Below the pieces are notes generated by a model. The model did not search any database and had not been told where the DNA came from. It was given only the letters and a program-made list of their open reading frames with translations. Of a stretch of DNA of 41,001 nucleotides, positions 31,156 to 41,001 are shown piece by piece (position 1 is the stretch's first letter; every line of letters begins with the position of its first letter). The position numbers and the translations under genes are program-made. This stretch comes from Sporopachydermia quercuum (Eukaryota). Location of the stretch: NCBI GenBank assembly GCA_001599295.1, contig BCGN01000009.1, positions 620,001 through 661,001 on the forward strand, read 5' to 3'.

Positions 31156-32917
31156 TGTAGATTATAGTGATAAGACAAGCGATGTTGAGTATATGTAACG
31201 ACAATATAATACAATTGAAGGTTTGGGGATGAGTTATTAATGAATTCTGATCGAATTGTTATCAACTTCTGACTGAACTATCAACAATTTTTATCAAAAT
31301 GCTACTAATGATGATTATGATAAATATGATACTGATAGTAATGAATTTGCTGGTAATAACTGATGAGATATTATACCGATTGACTGATGTAATGATACTA
31401 TACCTCGAATTTTATGACTAATAATAGCTATTCACCGTACGAACAACAACGTAGTAACAGTATATCACACATTACAAGGTGAAAATACCGAGTTCCTGAT
31501 TGCTCTATTCACAATTTATTCGTTCTGTGAATAAAACTGCAACGAACTTGAAGACTCATTTCTTTTAGTCCGAGAACGAAGAAGAGAGAGAAAAAAAGTA
31601 TAAAACTTTTCACTTTTGAGGTTTAGGTTTAGGTTTGGAACCTAGAATAGGGTTCGTGGAATAAATTGCCGTTTATAGCATATAATACTTATTTTGACTA
31701 TTTGACTGCGAGGGTCCTTAGTTAGGAAAGAAGTTACCTCTTTCAGCGCAACGTGGGAAATCCTCAATGAATAACGATTGATGAGAGTAGAAAAGAGTAT
31801 GATGGATGATATTTAACTTATTCGATGTCTCAAGCTATTTAATAGTATTTGATAGTATTCAGATAACAGTTTATAATAATGGTTTTAAAGGTACGGGACA
31901 ATAAAATGCGATTCTAACGATGAATGATATATTTCCTGTTGAGCCATCAGTAATGAATATATGTTGAGATGAGATGCTCAATTGACAATTGAATGTCGAT
32001 GCAATTAATGCAATATACAGCGGAGACGTATGTGTAAGTATTTGATAGAACTCAATTGATGATTAATTTCACGAAATTGGCTCACTCAATAAATGTAAAA
32101 GAACGGGCATAGCAAGAATGGCAGTTGGCATAGTAAGTAGTTATTATTGACGAAACCAAAAAGATAGTATCACAAGTGTAGCACTCAGTGCNGTAAATAT
32201 GATTCCTTATTAAAAGATTTAATTAACGCTGCTAGTACGAGAATCATCACAATAAAAATGAAAATCTCACGATTGGACTATTTAGACTTCTGAGGAAACA
32301 CTTGGGATTTGATTAATAGCGATAATCTTCTTTGATAAGATTACAATACAATGATGGGGCCAAACAATCAATTCTGAACTGCGGAGGAAATGCACTTACT
32401 AGCAGTAATTATAATAGGATATGAATCGAACTGTTATTATCGTAATTATCATTATCAATATTTATATGTATATTAGTAGTGTATCGTTGGAATGGGAAGT
32501 CATGAGGAATACCAGTACAGTTTATACTTAGCTTCTTCTTCCAAGTTCTTGATCTCCATAGGATTTCTATGCCTTCACGTATAAAGGTCTCCTAATATCA
32601 AATTCAGTTTCTTTGAGCTTGCGAGTGCTGTGTTAATCAAATAACTAATGACACTTAAGTATAATGTGCTATATTTGAAAGGTGAACGGAGAGTATGGTA
32701 GAGACAGATGTGAGCATAATATAACCAAAATAGTATCAGCACCAGTTTTGATAGCAAAACTACTGTTCCCTATTCCTTGGACGGACCAATATTTCAAAAG
32801 CGGGCTTATGCTGATACTTATACTTCCCTGTTTTTCGTAGCAATATCAACGTATTCCACTAGAATCATACAACCCCACTGTTCATACTAATTGACCATCC
32901 CTCTCCTACAGCTTCAA

Positions 32918-35900
32918 TTAATGTGGCTGATTTGCAACGTTTCTTCTTTGTTGCTCTCGCTTCCAAAACTTCAACAAAAGATCTCCATATCGCTGCAACT
33001 CTTCTAATGGAATCATTAGTCTGAAATCAGTCAGNAATAGAAACTGAATTTCCAAATGGTTCAACTCCGCCAACGGTAACCCTCCGACTTTCGCATATCT
33101 CAGATTCTTATAAAACACGTCAGAGAAAAATTTTGATGCGACTGTTACACCTGCAATGATGAGTCTGTGAATATTATATGAGTCCATGACAAACAATTGG
33201 TTCTTATTCTTGCTTGAAGCTGAACTGGCATTATTTCCGCTAGCGCTATCTTCTCCATTATTATCACTGAATTCTTCCTCCTCTTCTTCTACTGTTTCCG
33301 TTATTGGCGGACTTCCCTCACGCGAGTTGGCTATTTCACTGTTGCTACCTGATTTCTGGTCTTTAAACTCTCCAGAGTTTGCTCGTTTGGCTATACGATC
33401 AAAATATACTAATAATGATAGGAAAACCTCGTTGGTCACGGGACAGTATTTCAGTATTCTTGTTAAGTAAGCGTGTAAAGAGATTGCAGGGATGTTTCTA
33501 CCATGGAATGCCAATACATTAGCAATATATCTGTTGGATTCGTCTAGATGAGAGTCTTCTTGGATATTATCGTAGCTCTGGGGATGCAGGGAATCGTTAG
33601 CTTCGATGATTTTCTGAAGGAGAGCTGATAGCATTAGCAGAAGGTCTGCCACTGGGAAGTTGGCTATATCTAAATGTTCTTCATGTGGTGATTGAGATGT
33701 CGATGCTGACATTGATGAGTGATGACCACCTGTTGAACCAGCAAAGGTGTTCCCATGGTTATAATTGGAGTTGGAGTAAGAGCTACTGCTTGGGTCTAGT
33801 TGAGCGTTTCTGTTGCCACTATTACTGTTTGAATTGAATGCACTATTGGACCTTGAGAATGAACTGGCTTCTTTAGAGAAAGGATGAACTGGAGACGACT
33901 GCAGGTTAACCATTGATCGGTCGGTCATACTATTGGCAATAGATCCACGTTCGTTGTTGGAGAAGTGGCTATAAGAAGGCAAAGATGATGATATCCCCAT
34001 CCCTAGCCGTGGACGGAACGTTGGTGGTAGTTCACGGTTAATCTGTGACCCTGGTTCTGTCTGGTTATTACCGGCACCTGCACCTGCAGAAGGTAGATTA
34101 GTAGCTGAGGCTGAAGTTCTAAACCCATTATTGATGCTATTACCGCTGTTATTATTAATGTTACTATTATTGTTATCAGCATTTCCATTATCACCTTCAG
34201 CTAACCCAGTAGCCGAAGCTGATGCAAATGAAATGTTTGTCGTAGGTGTAGCATGATGAGGGAACTGGAAAGAGCTTTTGTTGAATGAGCCTGTAAAGCT
34301 TGACCCTCTTCCAGCAGCAATGGTGTTTTGATTTGGGATAGAAAACCCTGGAGGTTCATTATTAGTTCCTTTGTTAAACAATGCATTACCTGGATTGTTT
34401 CCATCTTGTTGATTGTTCATTGAATTTGGTTGATAAGGCGATGGTGTATATGATGATGATACCACACTGGGTGTATTGTGAAAAGGAACAAACTGGGACG
34501 TGTTGAGTGATCTTGTGAACGAAGCCGATGTTTGATCTTGTGAATACCCTGAGAAGGGTGTAGGAATACAATTTGCCTGGTTGAGACTGTTCCCTGGANC
34601 TGTTCCAGCAGTCCCGGTGACAGTGCCAGGGGCCCCGCCAGAAGTGTTTTCTGTGGGGACTCCACCTCGGGTTCCAGAAGAAGAATTGAACATAGGTTGG
34701 TTTGATTCATTGGTGCCTGAAAAGCCCGAATACCGAGGCACTTGCGCAGGATGGAGTTCACTGCTTGGTGGTGTTTTATGTTTTTTCGATGAATGCTCTT
34801 TGGATTCTGACATTGCCGCTTCGTAGCTTGGTGGAGTTGATGGTTTATTTGAAGATGCAGCTAGCTTTGATGTTAAAAGAGATATCCGAGGCTGAGAAGT
34901 TGTCCTGGAAGGCGGAGATGATCTTTGAAACCTGCTGTTGTTATTGTTTCCGTAATTCGCACCCGATACAAACATTGACCCAGTTCTCTGAGACGAAAAG
35001 GAACCAATAGAAGGCTCTTTAGTTGCGTCCATAACTTCATCTGCATCAGTGTCTAGATTTGTCATTTGAACATCGCCTGAATCTGAGTTGGAATTAAAGC
35101 TGGTTTCATCAGACTCTGAAGATAATAATGATGAAGTAGGCTGATTCTCGTTTAAAGGCTGTTCATAGATATGAATTTTCGAAAAGGATGAAGCAGCTTC
35201 ATTGTTTGCTGGTGGATCAATCGTAGGGGATGTAACATTGTCTGGGTTCTGAATTGCCGTCACGTTAACACTCACGTTCAAAGAAGATGAATTGCGCCTA
35301 GATTCACTGAACAAAGGATTTCTTCCGATTACAGAAGAGGAAGGAGTAAAATACTGAGAATGTATTGAATTGTTGATACTGCTTTGAGGATGGGATTGGG
35401 ACTGAGATTGGGATTGAGATTGGGAGAAAGGATTATTAGTTCTCGGTATGGTTTGTTCTTTGGCTTGTTGGATGGTCTTATTAGCTTCAGCTGATGAATC
35501 AACTGACTCGGGTTCCTGTTTATAGTTAGTATCATTATGAAAGGGATCTGCTGTTGGGGCTTAATTGAGAGAGAATTGGCAGAGAGATGATGAAAGTAAA
35601 GAAGTATAGGGGTTGTATGGAATGGAATANGTCTGAATAATTTATAGTGATAATTCATACAGACAGAGGGAGAATCAACCGTGTAGCTGGTAGTTGGTAG
35701 ATAGTGAATGCTGTGCTCTGAAACAAGAGAGAATTTCTTGAATATGAGCATCTCGATTTGAGCAGGAAACGGAATAGTTGCTCTTGTTAGGATTGCTACT
35801 ATTTGGATAAAGCATATGGATACTTATAGTAGAATCATAGTATGTTCATAGTACTCTCTGGCAGATGATTCATACCAAGCCTAAATCAATAGCAAACAAC

Positions 35901-36257
35901 NCAACTGTTACATTAGAACATCAAACAATCCATTCAACCTGATTTCACCATCATCATATTTCTTATCAGCGACAAATCAGCATACGCCTCGAGTAATCTC
36001 ATGTCTTAGAATATCCTATTATAATAACACCTTGACCCCTCAACACGGGAATGCTAGGATTCAATATTCTTCATTGCTTATCAAGGTATCTTCTCTTTAC
36101 CAGATCCTTCATCTATCGTGCTATATCAACACCCGTATCTGCTACAGCACCTGCATCAATCTCAATCTCAATATCAAGCTCAATCCCTATCTGAATTCCT
36201 AGCAATTGTAATCGCATGGGTTATCATATACCATCACCGAACAATACTTACAGACAT
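32918..36257 (-). CDS. PCL7: Pho85 cyclin of the Pcl6/Pcl7 subfamily; complement(join(32918..35515,36252..36257)), 867 aa
   Basis: Cyclin box FHGRNIPAISLHAYLTRILKYCP...DSYNIHRLIIAGVTVASKFFSDVFYKN.RYAKVGG. The frame stays open upstream to a TACTAAC-TATAAACAG acceptor at 35516. An ATG TCT|GTAAGTAT exon gives an in-phase start. Family is confident; the 5' exon is inferred. Confidence 0.85.
35516..36251 (-). other. Probable spliceosomal intron of the PCL6/7 gene (736 nt)
   Basis: GTAAGT donor at 36251; TACTAAC at 35531-35525; CAG ending at 35516; phase 0. Confidence 0.75.
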
Positions 36258-38264
36258 ATCTAAAGCATCAATTGCTTTGTACTGCTTAGTTGCTATTAAA
36301 CAAACTAACTTTTTTGGAAATAATTACAAACAAACGGTTCATAAGAACAGTTAAATTCAAACGTTGATAACTCTACTATTTGATTCCTTTATCAATGGTT
36401 GCTAATACATCAAGCCGATCATTATTCTATTGCTTGACGAAGGAAAAGCCTTCTGTTACTCTGCTGTAAGGAAATGAACGCAAACAAAAGGAAGGAAACC
36501 AAACTGAGTTTGTGAAATAATAATAATAAGGTTTAAGGTTTGAATGCACTTTTGACGTACATGTTATAAAGAGCGAGAAAGTTTAAATAAAAACATGATC
36601 GGGTTTATTGGGATATCTAGGAATGGCTATGGGTATGAGTAGTTGGGCACTCTGAGAGTGAAAAAGGCGTTCTGTATTAATACGTTCACTCAAGCTAATT
36701 GAATTGTTATCTACCTCGTATGATACAAGCCGAATATCCGATACTCTTTATTCTATTGAAAAACAGAAAGACAGAAGGACAGAAAGACAGACAGGAAAAC
36801 GAACGGGAGTTATGTGGAAATAAAGTTATCACCATTTTGAGGAAAACATTTCCTTTTAAAATATTATATGCACGTATATGCACGTATCTGTATCTTTCCC
36901 TTGTAGTGAATCCCTTTAAGTTTCTACTACAGCAAACCATTTTGATGAATTGTGAGTCCAGTGATTGATTAGCCGGATGCTTATATAGCAGAAGATAGAT
37001 AGAAGAAAATACATATATTTAATTGAAAGTAGTATTTACTGATTTTTTCTGTTTTCTATTTATATAGTATTTTTCTAATGTAGTTATAGTGACAGTTGTT
37101 TCATGGGTTCGAATAGGTTCACCAAACGCAACTGAAATAAGCAGTCAATAGTAAATAACAAGTAATGGGAAGTGTTTAGACTAAGCGGTTGTATTTGACG
37201 AGGCAATAATGATAGCAGAGACAAAGATGTGATTGTTGTCAATGCTTTGGAAGATCCTCTTACTTTAAAATTAACTGCCCCTTTCGTTTTATTGTATGGC
37301 AAATATCATCAGTAGAGCCTATGACATAACTGCTCCTGTTTCGTCGTTAGGAGGCCAGTACGGGTTACGTAACACTGACTAAGGCAATAAATGGATTGAA
37401 ATGTACAAGGAATAGGAAGCGAAAAACAAAAAATGCAATGACAATGTCTGAATGAGAAGCAAAGTGTGTAACTGTATCATTAAATAAACTAGGATCTGAA
37501 TCCTCATTAGCTTCAACTATTCTATAAGTATTTTACTTGTTCAAATAAGAGTGAGATGTAAGGAATGTGAAGTGCGAAGTTGAGGTAACTAAGTATTCAA
37601 CAAGGATCAGTCATAGAAGACAGAGCGAGGAAACAATGAATTGATGCAATTCAGTTATTGCTTCACCAAAATTTCCCTGAATTGTTTGCTTTCCAGACTT
37701 CTAATGACGATGTCTTTTTGATTAGATCTGGTATCAATTGGACATCCTGGTATTTCGTATTCTTCGTATCCCTCAAGCGAAGATTAGTGAACACTGCTAG
37801 GTAAGTAGTAAGCTTAAAACAGCACTTTTGAACGTTAGAGCAACAAAAACTCTTCTAGCTAGCTTTTTTCATCTAGGACATTTTCTCTTTCCTCCAATTA
37901 ATAATATTCTTTCTTTACTCGAAATTGAGCATTCTTCGATCTCTCCAATTCCGCCATCTCAACAACCAGATAAAGTAACAATTCATCATGTGACAACTCA
38001 TTCCCTCTTTCATCTTTCAATCTCCAGACAATCCCTGAGATTCCAACAAGTTCTGTGACAATTCTGAGGCCTGTGGCTAATGACTACTATGTGTCTGGTT
38101 GATATATGATCTGACATGTTATGCTTGCTTTATATATTTTAATCTGTCGGATAATAGAGGTACTAAAAATAACGTCAGAAGTGAGTGGAAATAACTCATN
38201 TTCATAATAAGCACCAAGTATCAGCCTTGTATCGGATTATTAGTAACCAAAGATTAAACTAGAG

Positions 38265-38582
38265 ATGTCAACAGGAGCAAGAATTACATTTGGTGTAAGC
38301 TGTGTGGCAGCAGTGTTCACTATTGTTGGGGTACATTATATTCAGCATTCCGAGCGTGAAGCATTGAAATTAGGACCAATTCGGGATGCTGAAAGAATGG
38401 CAAATAAAAGACAACAAGCCCAGTTAGAGGATGAGTTATCTAAATTGACGCCTGAAGAAGCAGCTAAGATGAGAAAGAGAATTCAATTGAAGCAAGAATA
38501 TGAGCTGCAGAAGAAATTACAGGAAGAGTATTCTAAAGTGCAACCATTGTCTGGTATAACAGTTGTTGGCGAGGAGAAATAA
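38265..38582 (+). CDS. PET117: Cytochrome c oxidase assembly factor Pet117, 105 aa
   Basis: MS..ARITFG.SC...TIVGVHY.Q..ERE.L..GPI.D..R and EYELQKKL...VQPL pattern; neighbour of the PCL6/7 gene as in S. cerevisiae. Confidence 0.9.
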   Translation: MSTGARITFGVSCVAAVFTIVGVHYIQHSEREALKLGPIRDAERMANKRQQAQLEDELSKLTPEEAAKMRKRIQLKQEYELQKKLQEEYSKVQPLSGITVVGEEK

Positions 38583-38867
38583 TCTTAGGAGAATATTAGT
38601 TTCATGGCTCGAAGGTAGGGAGTTCTTGTACATATTAATGCTTTTACTATGAGAAAAGTCAGGTGAATGAATAAAAGGTATATGCTATCTTGTAGCAATA
38701 TTAGTAGCAGAGGAACTATAATTATGCAATTTACAGAATGTTAACAATGACTTTGAAAATTAACTATTATATATAATTAATAGGTACTCCAATTAATTCT
38801 GAATAATATATATATATCAAATACTCTTACCACTAACAAAAAATAAATGGAAAAAATAAATGGAAAC

Positions 38868-38872
38868 AAAAA
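38868..38872 (-). terminator. Pol III oligo-T terminator of tRNA-Asp
   Basis: T5 on the minus strand 4 nt after the discriminator base, with further T runs downstream. Confidence 0.7.
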
Positions 38873-38876
38873 GGTA

Positions 38877-38964
38877 CTCGGCAACGGGGAATTGAACCCC
38901 GGTCCCCCGCGCGCTGAACAAACGTTCTGACAGGCGGAAATTCTAGCCACTAAACTATTGCCGA
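38877..38964 (-). tRNA. tRNA-Asp(GUC) with a 16-nt intron (38912..38927)
   Basis: Acceptor stem TCGGCAA/TTGCCGA with discriminator G; D arm GTTT...GAAT; anticodon stem TCCGC/GCGGG with loop CT-GTC-A^C; T arm CGGGG-TTCAATT-CCCCG; 72 nt after splicing. Confidence 0.95.
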
Positions 38965-39186
38965 TTTTCATTTTTGAAACTGTCNGATCATATATCATTC
39001 AGTAAAATAAAATGAATTTTAAGAAAAATTGAAGAATTGTATTAGAATTCTTACTTTTTTCCTTCTTCTCCTTCTTATTATTATTAATTAGAAAGAGAAG
39101 AATGAGAGTAAATAATCAGCGAAGTAAATAGTATATATATATAAAAGGTACAAATAGAAATATAGATAAATGTGAACTGCCAATGT

Positions 39187-39207
39187 GTCACGTGAAAGGT
39201 CACGTGG
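39187..39207. promoter_or_regulatory. Twin GTCACGTG E-boxes (Cbf1/Tye7/Pho4-type bHLH sites)
   Basis: GTCACGTGAAAGGTCACGTGG: two identical 8-mers 12 bp apart in very AT-rich DNA. Confidence 0.6.
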
Positions 39208-40499
39208 GTTTAGTAATAAGTAATGTATAGCTGGTTGTTACATTTTATGTGAAATTAGTGTCCCTTGTGGCTCCTCTATATTCGTCCTATTAGTAATTAT
39301 ATGTTCTTTTCTCCATAAGTCCCATTAGTTATTATAAAACTCTCTAGTGANCTTTAAGAATATTAGAGATAGATAAGCATCTGGATACTAGCTTATTTAT
39401 AATAGATTAATGTGTCACAAACAAATAGTATTCAGTAGATCTTTGTCAGTTTGCCCCTGAAAGCCCTTACAATTTCATGAGAAAGCTTCGACTTTATAGC
39501 GCTAAATATACATTATGAAATCAATTATGCGTCAATTCAATTCGGCATAAATTCTCACTGGTTANTCCAATTTGTACTTTACAGCTACCAAAAATATGAA
39601 ATTACAAAGATAAAAGTAAAATTGAAACATGGTTTTCTATTTTCATACAATGAAAGTTCCCTCAAAAATAGCATCATTAGAAGAAATAGTTGTAAAACCA
39701 TGTCCATTCTTGAGTTAGAGTGCTATTCCGTAAAGATCTCCTTTGGATGAAACTAAAAGATATATAATGAAGGTGCTGGAGGTCCCGAAACAACAAAAAA
39801 AATAAAATTTGAATCTATTTGTTTCCAAATTGGGCACCCTTTTCACTGTTTCATATTTCATAACTCTTCCGCTACGTATTCTTACTATAGAGAGTAGTAT
39901 GATCTCTCAGCTCTGTTTCAAATCGATGTATCCACACTTAAAGTTGACACACTAGTCAACCTTAAATTCTTTACGAGTTCCCATCNAGTAATCTTATTAG
40001 CAAAACAATATTCACCTTCCCTATTAGGTACTCAAATTTAAAGTTTTCAATCCTTCAAACTTTATATAGCTATAATCCATAATAAAGTTAATACCTAAAA
40101 GCTGAAACCAGTGTCAAACTACAACATAAATGTATCAAATCTCTAATTTTCCTATTGAAAAGCTCGATTTTCTACCTAAACCAGTTAAAATATATCTAAA
40201 TCAGGGTTTTAATACCATTGTTTCAAATTGTTTTCCTGTCTTCATACCAATTCGTTATATTACTACTTGTTTTCCCTCCGGCTTTCAATCTAGTGTTCTT
40301 TCTCCCAATTCCTATCTCTTTCTACCACCTTCAACCAGTAGCATCTCCTTGCATTCAATAAGCTTTTGTTAGTCAACAAAAAAAGTCAACATTTCAAAGT
40401 ATTTAGAGCAGTAATTTCTACTTTCTACTTTCTACTTTTTTTTGTTCAATCTTTGATTATCATTCAAGCATTTAAATCAGCATTCAACCGCACGTTAAG

Positions 40500-41001
40500 A
40501 TGAAGCTTAGTTCACCTTGTACAGTAATATTGCTATTAATAGCTTTCATTTTTTTTCATATAACCTATGCAGATGCTAAAAAGGTTATAGTTAAAGTAAC
40601 TGTTGTAGTTACTCAGACAGAAACATTGCCGTGTGAAACAGAATACATCACAGATTTTCAAACAACAACTACATCTGTTTGGGAATGTGAGGTTGAAGAA
40701 ATATGTAGCGGAAAGCATTCAAGCGTTGTGCTAGTTCCAATAAGTTCAACGGGTTATTCAGAGGTGATTAGCACGACATTGTTAGAAGACCTTCCTAAGA
40801 CTTCTAGTGCTATTCCTTCGTCAGCACCAGAAATATCAGTTCCTATTTCCTCGGTTGCTGTTTCCTTTGTTCCAGTGTCTTCAGAACCTGTTTCAGAATT
40901 TGTTACACCACCTCCTGTTAGCTCAGTCCCTGTTAGCTCAGTTCCTGCTAGCTCGGCTCCTGTTAGTTCCGCTCCTGTTAGCTCGGCTCCTGCTAGTTCA
41001 G
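40500..41001 (+). CDS. Secreted Ser/Pro/Val-rich tandem-repeat cell-wall or adhesin-like protein, 3' partial
   Basis: Open frame from ATG 40500 to the window edge: MKLSSPCTVILLLIAFIFFHITYADAKKVIVKVTVVVTQTETLPCETEY...PVSSVPVSSVPASSAPVSSAPVSSAPASS; hydrophobic signal peptide. Confidence 0.85.
   Translation, partial: MKLSSPCTVILLLIAFIFFHITYADAKKVIVKVTVVVTQTETLPCETEYITDFQTTTTSVWECEVEEICSGKHSSVVLVPISSTGYSEVISTTLLEDLPKTSSAIPSSAPEISVPISSVAVSFVPVSSEPVSEFVTPPPVSSVPVSSVPASSAPVSSAPVSSAPASS
40914..41001 (+). repeat. 15-bp coding minisatellite (consensus CCTGYTAGYTCNGYY, encoding P[V/A]SS[A/V]), about 6 copies, truncated by the window edge
   Basis: Read directly from the sequence. Confidence 0.9.

Noticed and set aside
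35329..36354. ORFs 35329..35751 (-) and 36118..36354 (+)
   Set aside because: They overlap the cyclin intron and exons in the wrong frame or strand; the splice model explains the region better.
38777..38998. 73-aa minus-strand ORF
   Set aside because: It overlaps the tRNA-Asp gene and is spurious.
38990..39320. CDEI-like GTCACGTG next to AT-rich DNA, a possible point centromere
   Set aside because: No CDEIII (CCGAA core) at the expected distance on either side, and the intron content argues against Saccharomycetaceae.

Overview
AT-rich nuclear DNA from a budding-yeast-like ascomycete with more and longer introns than S. cerevisiae (probably a non-Saccharomycetaceae Saccharomycotina lineage; species not identifiable from sequence alone). 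CTG appears to be read as Leu. The window holds 12 protein-coding genes and one intron-containing tRNA-Asp(GUC). In order: APS2 (3 exons), CDC8 (2 exons), PDI1, MET13, a Ser-rich protein with a degenerate C-terminal methyltransferase-like domain, CHO1, MET30, a 1190-aa NEDP1/DEN1-like C48 protease, HIS1 (2 exons), a PCL6/PCL7 cyclin with a probable 2-codon first exon, PET117, the tRNA, and the 5' part of a secreted tandem-repeat adhesin-like protein that runs off the right edge. The ORF track mis-starts or splits the four spliced genes and misses the last gene. No transposon, CRISPR or rRNA was seen. The most notable items are the oversized deneddylase-like protease head-to-head with the SCF F-box gene MET30, the pseudo-methyltransferase in a SAM/sulfur-flavoured neighbourhood, the cyclin micro-exon, and deep microsynteny with S. 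cerevisiae. None of these is a proven new system. All family assignments come from recalled motifs, not database searches.
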